Positions 57,274 to 64,000 of a DNA stretch of 64,000 nt are shown here, one piece after another. The notes below the pieces were generated by a model that searched no databases, was not told the origin of the DNA, and saw only the letters and a program-made list of their open reading frames with translations. Numbering within the stretch: position 1 is the first letter of the stretch; the number at the start of each line of letters is the position of its first letter. This DNA is from the human T2T-CHM13v2.0 reference genome, Homo sapiens. Where the stretch lies: assembly GCF_009914755.1 (NCBI RefSeq), contig NC_060927.1; one strand, 5' to 3'. Position numbers and translations under genes: made by a program.

Positions 57274-57929
57274 GAGTGTCCCATTTGGTGCCAACAAAGC
57301 TTAGATTTATTGACCCCAGAGACAAGGTTCTCATTCTTTTGTTTCTCAGGGTTTCTGCGTGGAGGCACTATGTCTTGGCATGAAGCAAATTCTTTGCAGC
57401 ATATTCTGTGTCCTGTGAGAGACGGTATTTCAGAAATAACATACAAATTCAAAGCAAATATCAGTAAGCCAGATTTGACAGTCGCGGTTTGAAAGAGAGT
57501 CTTTTTGTCTTTAGTATAGGCCCAGAGGGCTATACTTTGAAACACAAGCCCACTCCCTTTTGGGTGAGTGGGCTTCCACAAATACCTAAAAATTCATATC
57601 CTGAGAACAGAATGGTCCTGCAGTACTATCTGGTATGTAATGGTCATCCTCAGTTTTCATGAAAAAAATTCTTTGTTTCGGAACCTCTTAGCTACTACTC
57701 ATAAATTCGGTTCTTGACATCAATTTAGGAAAGCAGTCAATCAATCAGCCCATCAATCATTTATAATTTATTGAACACCTATAATATGTTGTGATGCTGG
57801 CAACTTCTTCTTTAGCCTAGAGTTATGTTCTGCTTCTTCTGACTTCCTAGCCTTTGCTGGAACTTCACTTGTCCCTTTTGCCGGGAGGCCTAATCAGATG
57901 AAAAATGTTTATTTTCTTATGTTGAATAA

Positions 57930-58234
<305 letters not shown>

Positions 58235-58619
58235 CCCATTATTAATTTTTATCTGACTGCTTTTAATGAGCTCTTGGATGCCAAGCACATTTTTGGAAAT
58301 AAGTCATCTGGCCAAAACTGCCTTTGAGGATTCTTACCTACAACACAGCTTACTGAAGTTCCCTCAGTTGCTGTTATCTGTGCCTGCTGGTGCATTTTGG
58401 TTCACAGTGGTAACTACTTAAACTTAGGGATCATAAAGTGGTTTAAAGAACACCTACACCAAGCTTCTTTTCAAAATATCCTTCATTCTCAAACTAATAC
58501 CTTCAACAAAACAGTTGATAAATTTTTCAGTGCAATTTTCCATGTCTGGATCCAATGTATATGCATCCATTGGCTAAACAAGAAAGAATAGGGTAAGGGC
58601 AAGACTAGAAATGGGCTAT

Positions 58620-59670
58620 TTCATTTTCATTTCACTTGACATTGAGCACCTGCTGTCTGCATATAGTTCTTTCATTCAAGATGCTGATAGTACGTTGAGA
58701 AAGCAATGAGTCGTGGTCTGCCTAAAGAGATAAGACAACTGCGTGTGGCCCAGGTGATTAATGGTGCGAGACAGTGTAAGCCGAGTAGCAAAATGAGCGA
58801 TTCTAGGCACTAAACATTCCCCAAGTTCTTAGGATGGGTTGATCAGGAGGCCCAAAGTGGTTGCAGGCCTCACAGGGGAGGTAGACAGGTTTCTTGGATG
58901 TCAGGCTCTAACCCCGCTTGTACCCCTTCCTTACCACTGTCCTTGTATTGGTGGGAGAGGGTACCTTGGCAAAGAGTGAGGGATTGCATAGGAGGGCATT
59001 CTGAGGAGCAGCAGGGGCTAAAGTGGATAGATGAGGTATGATATTGGAGTCACTTTAGGTCCAAGCTTAGGATTTTGAACTTGAACCCATATTAATAGAT
59101 ATGTGCCCTAGGGATATTTGAGGACAGTGACAAAGTAAGAATCTTATCTTTTAGTAAGACTAGTTGTATGGTAAAGTGTAAGCGCTGGTTTTAGGCTAGG
59201 GAGAGAGACAAGAGTGGAGACCTAGGCACAATGCCGAAGGGTGTGGTTGTGGGTGAAGATGGGCTGAGCAGTTTGGTATCCATGAAGCGGAGAGACAGGG
59301 AGGGACAGAGTCTTTGCAAAGGAACATACAAAAGGGACCTGGTGGTTGGATGTCAGGGCTCAGTAAGAGGAAAGAGGTCAAAGTGATTTCTTTTCATCCA
59401 TGGAAATGAGAAGATTGGTATTGCCACTGAGAGAAATGGGCCAGCTAGGAGGGCTCCAGTCTGAATTATGTTGGGTGTTGAAGCCTTCAGTTTGCAGTCT
59501 GTGCACTGAGAAGTGACCACCCTCAGAGGGTCTGTTCTGTAGGTAGCTGGCAATAAAGGGCTGGGAGTCAGTGAGGTTGAGACTGGAGGTAGCTAGCTAC
59601 CTGACAGTGGTCTGCAGAGTTGTGAGAGCTGGCATTGTAAGCTAGAATCAGGTTGCCAAGGGAAAGTATA
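58620..59670 (-). mobile_element. L2b/c fragments
   Basis: CATTGAGCACCTGCTGTCTGC..AAGCTTAGGATTTTGAACTT..GGATGTCAGGGCTCAG..GGGCTGGGAGTCAG. Confidence 0.65.
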
Positions 59671-59864
59671 CAATCAAGAAGGGTAAGGACAATGTTTGCA
59701 AACCTTTTGTTTGTTGCTTATCATGTGCCAGACATGGTGCCAGATACTTTGCATGCAACTATCTTGCTTAATCTGTATCACCTGCACCATCCGACAGTGC
59801 AGCACACTAGCAAGAAGAGAGAGATCCAAAGTGGGGAGTTGAGCAGTTGAGAGGACTAGTTCCA

Positions 59865-60472
59865 TGACCTTGGGCGACTAACTTAATTAGCCTCTTGGAG
59901 ACTCCATTTTCTCAGCTGTGAAATAAGGATAATAATAAGCATCATCCCTATGGTCTGTTATCTATTGCTGCATAACAAACTACCCACAATGAAATGTCTT
60001 AAAAGGCCAACACTCATTTGTTGTACTTGTGATTTTGCAATTTGGGCAGTCCAGGTGGGAACAATTTGCTGTGCATCTGGAAGTCTGGGGCCTCTGCTTG
60101 GTGACCTGAGGGGCTGGGGCTGGCTGGGCATCTCTCTGCCTGAAGTCTCAGGGCTGTCTGTGCAGTCTCTCTATGTGTTCTCTCCATCATGGCAGCTCTG
60201 AGTTCTGAGAGTGAGTGTGCCAGGAGACTGGAAGTAGAGGCTGTCTGTTTTTAAGGCCAGGGTTTGGAAGCTGGCACAGTTGCATTTACACAAAGCAGTT
60301 CTAGATGGAAGGGAGGAGATAGACCCCACCTCTCAATGGAGTGTCCCTCTTCGGTGGCCCCTTTAATGGCCATTTCATAGGGTGAAGATTAAATAAGACA
60401 ATGAGCACAACGGGCTTAGCATAGCACCTGAAACATCTTAAGAGCTCAATGAATGGTAGCCATTGTCATTAT
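59865..60472 (+). mobile_element. MIR split by an MLT1 LTR
   Basis: TGACCTTGGGCGACTAACTTAA..TTTTCTCAGCTGTGAAATAAGGATAATAA | ..GTGAAGATTAAATAAGACAATG..GCTTAGCATAGCACCTG..GCTCAATGAATGGTAGC. Confidence 0.75.
59952..60375 (-). mobile_element. MLT1H1/H2-type solo LTR
   Basis: GTTATCTATTGCTGCATAACAAACTACCCAC..GCAATTTGGGCAG..GGAAGCTGGCACAG..ATAGACCCCACCTCTCAATGG. Confidence 0.75.
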
Positions 60473-61313
60473 CAGAGGTAGTATCAGGGTCATTGGAGAG
60501 AGATTAGGGATTAAGTAAAGGTGCTGTGAGTCAATGACCAAGAGACCATTGCTGACCTCTTACAGAGACAGCCACTGCCTTGTTCTCAGTGCTGTGTTAG
60601 AGGTGGGCGGCCAGTATGCAGGAGACAAGAAGTGAGTGGGAAGGCTGCTCACAGGCTTGAGAAGCTCAACCACGGAAAGACAGGAGAGAAACTGGAGAGT
60701 AGCTGCAGGCGGGCAGGAGGAGGGCAACAAGGCCATATGATAGCTTGTTTTCCCAGTGGGACATCTCAGGCATGGGGGTGGTGTCAAGTGAGGACACATG
60801 CATGTGTGAAGGACAGAAGGACGAGGAGAAGGAGAGAAAGTTGTTTGGAGGAGGAAGGGGGGTGAGGCTGAGAGACTGAGAGAAAATGTGTGGGCATGTT
60901 CATATTTTAAAGGTCAAATTTATTCTAGGCAAACTATTTGTTTAAGATTTGTATGCAGATGGAAACAACCAGGATATAAACTCCTCAGAGGAGGGATGTG
61001 AGAGGAAGAAGAGTTTACAATCCTCATTTCGGGCCAGTAGACACACAGCCTCCCATTCCAGGCTGAGGGCAAAGCTTAAGCTGGGAGGGGACTTGGAGGA
61101 GGGGAAAGGGAAGGGTTACATTTTTGGTATCAGTGGCTGGGAGCATCAACTGTATATTTAAGAGTAGTGGGGGACACCTACCCAGGGTGATATGGAGCCA
61201 AGGCCACAATCAGAAGTAGTTTTGGGAACCCTAAGAACTGACACATTTGTGGTTCTTCCCCTGCCCATATGTAATTTATTAAAAAGATTAAAAAAAAAAA
61301 CCCCAAAAAACCC

Positions 61314-61635
<322 letters not shown>

Positions 61636-61726
61636 CCCTAAATCATCAAGTTAGTGTTATGAAATGGAGGAAGGTCTTAATTTTTCCCACGTTGCTTTGA
61701 TGCTTTTTTTGAAATAGGAATTGTGT

Positions 61727-61985
61727 GGCCAACCACAGTGGCTCACGCCTGTAATCCCAGCAGTTTTGGAGGCTGAGGTGGAAGGATCACGAGCCCAGGA
61801 GTTCAAGACTAGCCTGGGCAATGTAGTAAAACCCCATCTCTACAAACACAAACAAACAAACCCCAAAATTAGCTGTGCAAGATGGCATGCCACTGCACTC
61901 CAGCCTGGGCAACAGAGTGAGGCCTTGTCTCAAAAAAAAAAAAAGAGGAAAAAGAAAAAAAAGAAAAAGAAAACAAAAAAGAGAG
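61727..61985 (+). mobile_element. AluJ with internal right-arm deletion
   Basis: GAGCCCAGGAGTTCAAGACTAGCCTGGGCAA; right arm jumps GATGGCATGC|CACTGCACTCCAG; long GA-rich tail. Confidence 0.9.
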
Positions 61986-62205
61986 AAAGGAATCCTGAGT
62001 TTTTTCATAAAACAAAGTTCTGGTGCCCTCGCTTTGTGGGAGTGTTAAGCCGGGGCTTGGCTGGCCCAGAGGGTAGCCCGGCACTGTGTGCAAGGCCCGC
62101 AATCCCCGACACCAACCTGGTAGGAACTGCTGGCCCTGGAATTCCTTTTCTGCAGACTCAGCATTTCAGGAGAGGATTCTTATGGTCTCCCTAAGCTAGA
62201 CAGGT

Positions 62206-62515
<310 letters not shown>

Positions 62516-63679
62516 CAGACCCAGGTCTTGACTAGCTGCCTGCTGCCCTGTTTGAATATCCCTGAGGATAGGACCCTGGGGAGTTCCCTTAGTTTCCAAC
62601 GTGGGCTTCATCAGGGCATACAGGTTTTCGGTTTCTTTATTCCTCGCAGTATCATCAGAACCTAGCCTAGTGCCTGGCAGACAGTCAGCACTCTCCCTTT
62701 GTTGGGTGAGTATAAGAATGGAGGGGCATCAAGGGAGACGGTGCAGAAGGGAAGATTCAGATTAAACCATAGGCTGAATTTGTCCAGGTGGCTCTGTGGG
62801 GGAAGACTGAGGTAGTGTAGATAATCATTAACTAATTCCCCCAAAAATGATTTCCATATCCTAGGAAGGAAGCATGAGAGAAACGAAGAGTTAGTTCCAT
62901 GGATCTTGGATATTTTTTTTTTCTCAAAAAAACTGACAAGTTATATTCCTATTTGAAGTGCAGAGTGAAACTGTATGGTTCTTTACAAAAGTAGAATGTC
63001 TTTGCTTATGCACAGGCCATATGGGACTCTGGAGTGGGTGTTTATAGTGCCAAAATAAACTCCCTAGATTCGCAGCCATGAGCAGTAAGGCTGGAGCAGA
63101 GTTTCTCTTTCACCTTAGAAAACTTGAATTTATTTTGAACAAATTAAAATAGAGTGGGCTTTTCCCATTATAAAACCAGTGCAAGCTTATTATGGAAAAT
63201 TGGGGAAATACAGAAAAGGCAAAGTTTTGTTGAGTAAACTTTGCAGAGCATAGGTAGGGGGCTGGTTGGTGGTGCAGGGATGAGCCCCAAGACAGCAGGA
63301 GACCAGAGACTGGAGGGCATTTCTAGGGCAACCTTGAGAGGTGGGCTTCATTGGGGCTACCTCTATGTTCTCAAGGCACAGATCCCATGCTGGAGATGTA
63401 TGTGGGATGGTGGTGTGGAGGGAAAGAGACGTGTTCTACAGCTGAGGCTTGGGGCGGGGTCTGTGTTGTCAGCCTGTTCCTGTAATTTCACATTATTGTG
63501 GCTGAGTTTTTGTGATCCCCAAAAAAAAGACTTAGTGTCTCCTTGGGAGGGTAGGGCGAGAAGCAGGTTAATTTTCTGCAAAGATCATGTATTGTCTTCA
63601 ACAGCAGTAGCTTCCAGAAGGTGTGCAGGGACCACAGGGAAACCATAATGAACCCTGAAGACCAACGGGGTTTATTCTT

Positions 63680-63780
63680 TCATCCAACAATGTCTGCTAC
63701 TCAGTACAGAGCCCTGTGCTGGGGATAAAGTGGTCAATGCCTGTCTTCTTAGAGCTTGCAGTTTGGTTTACATGGGTCCT
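63680..63780 (-). mobile_element. L2 3' tail
   Basis: CATCCAACAA..GCCCTGTGCTGGGGATAAAG..GAGCTTGCAGTTTGG. Confidence 0.55.
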
Positions 63781-64000
63781 CATTCTTGACTGAGAGAATG
63801 TGGGCCTATGATCATAGAACTTCAGGAGAGCCTGTGGTCCTACTGTCTGGTCCTACCCAGCTCAGTCCTTTGGAGGGGGGCCTCTTCACCTTCGCTGACC
63901 CACTCCAACATTATTGTCTGAGGTTTTTCTTAGCTCTCCTCTATTTACTTTTCCCCAGAGGTAGATGTTCTGGAGCTTGAAATAAGCAGCATGGGTCTTG

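Overview
Repeat-rich primate (most likely human) intergenic or deep-intronic DNA. I find no protein-coding gene, RNA gene, CpG island or prokaryotic feature. The longer ORFs in the track are read-throughs of L1, THE1/MaLR, Alu or low-complexity sequence; the rest are short and match nothing I recognise. Most of the window is transposable-element derived. Main elements: (i) a full-length minus-strand L1PA8-age LINE-1 (~7574-14665) inserted into an old HAL1 and itself carrying an oppositely oriented L1 3' fragment and an AluYd-type Alu; (ii) a complete THE1D MaLR provirus (19559-21814) inside an L1ME; (iii) about a dozen Alus, several MaLR/ERVL solo LTRs, L2/MIR relics and DNA transposons (Tigger3, MER20, Charlie1b, MER58A, MER63, MER5A, MADE1). 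The most unusual structures are an ~840-bp near-palindrome made of two different L1 3' ends, a half-MADE1 flanked by a 15-bp duplication instead of TA, and a TSD-bounded chimera of unassigned sequence plus an L1 3' end. There are also a few candidate regulatory sites (DUX4, CTCF, RFX) and weak plus-strand exon candidates. I see no evidence for a new gene system. Repeat subfamily names come from recalled consensus sequences and boundaries of old repeats are approximate; both need RepeatMasker/Dfam confirmation.
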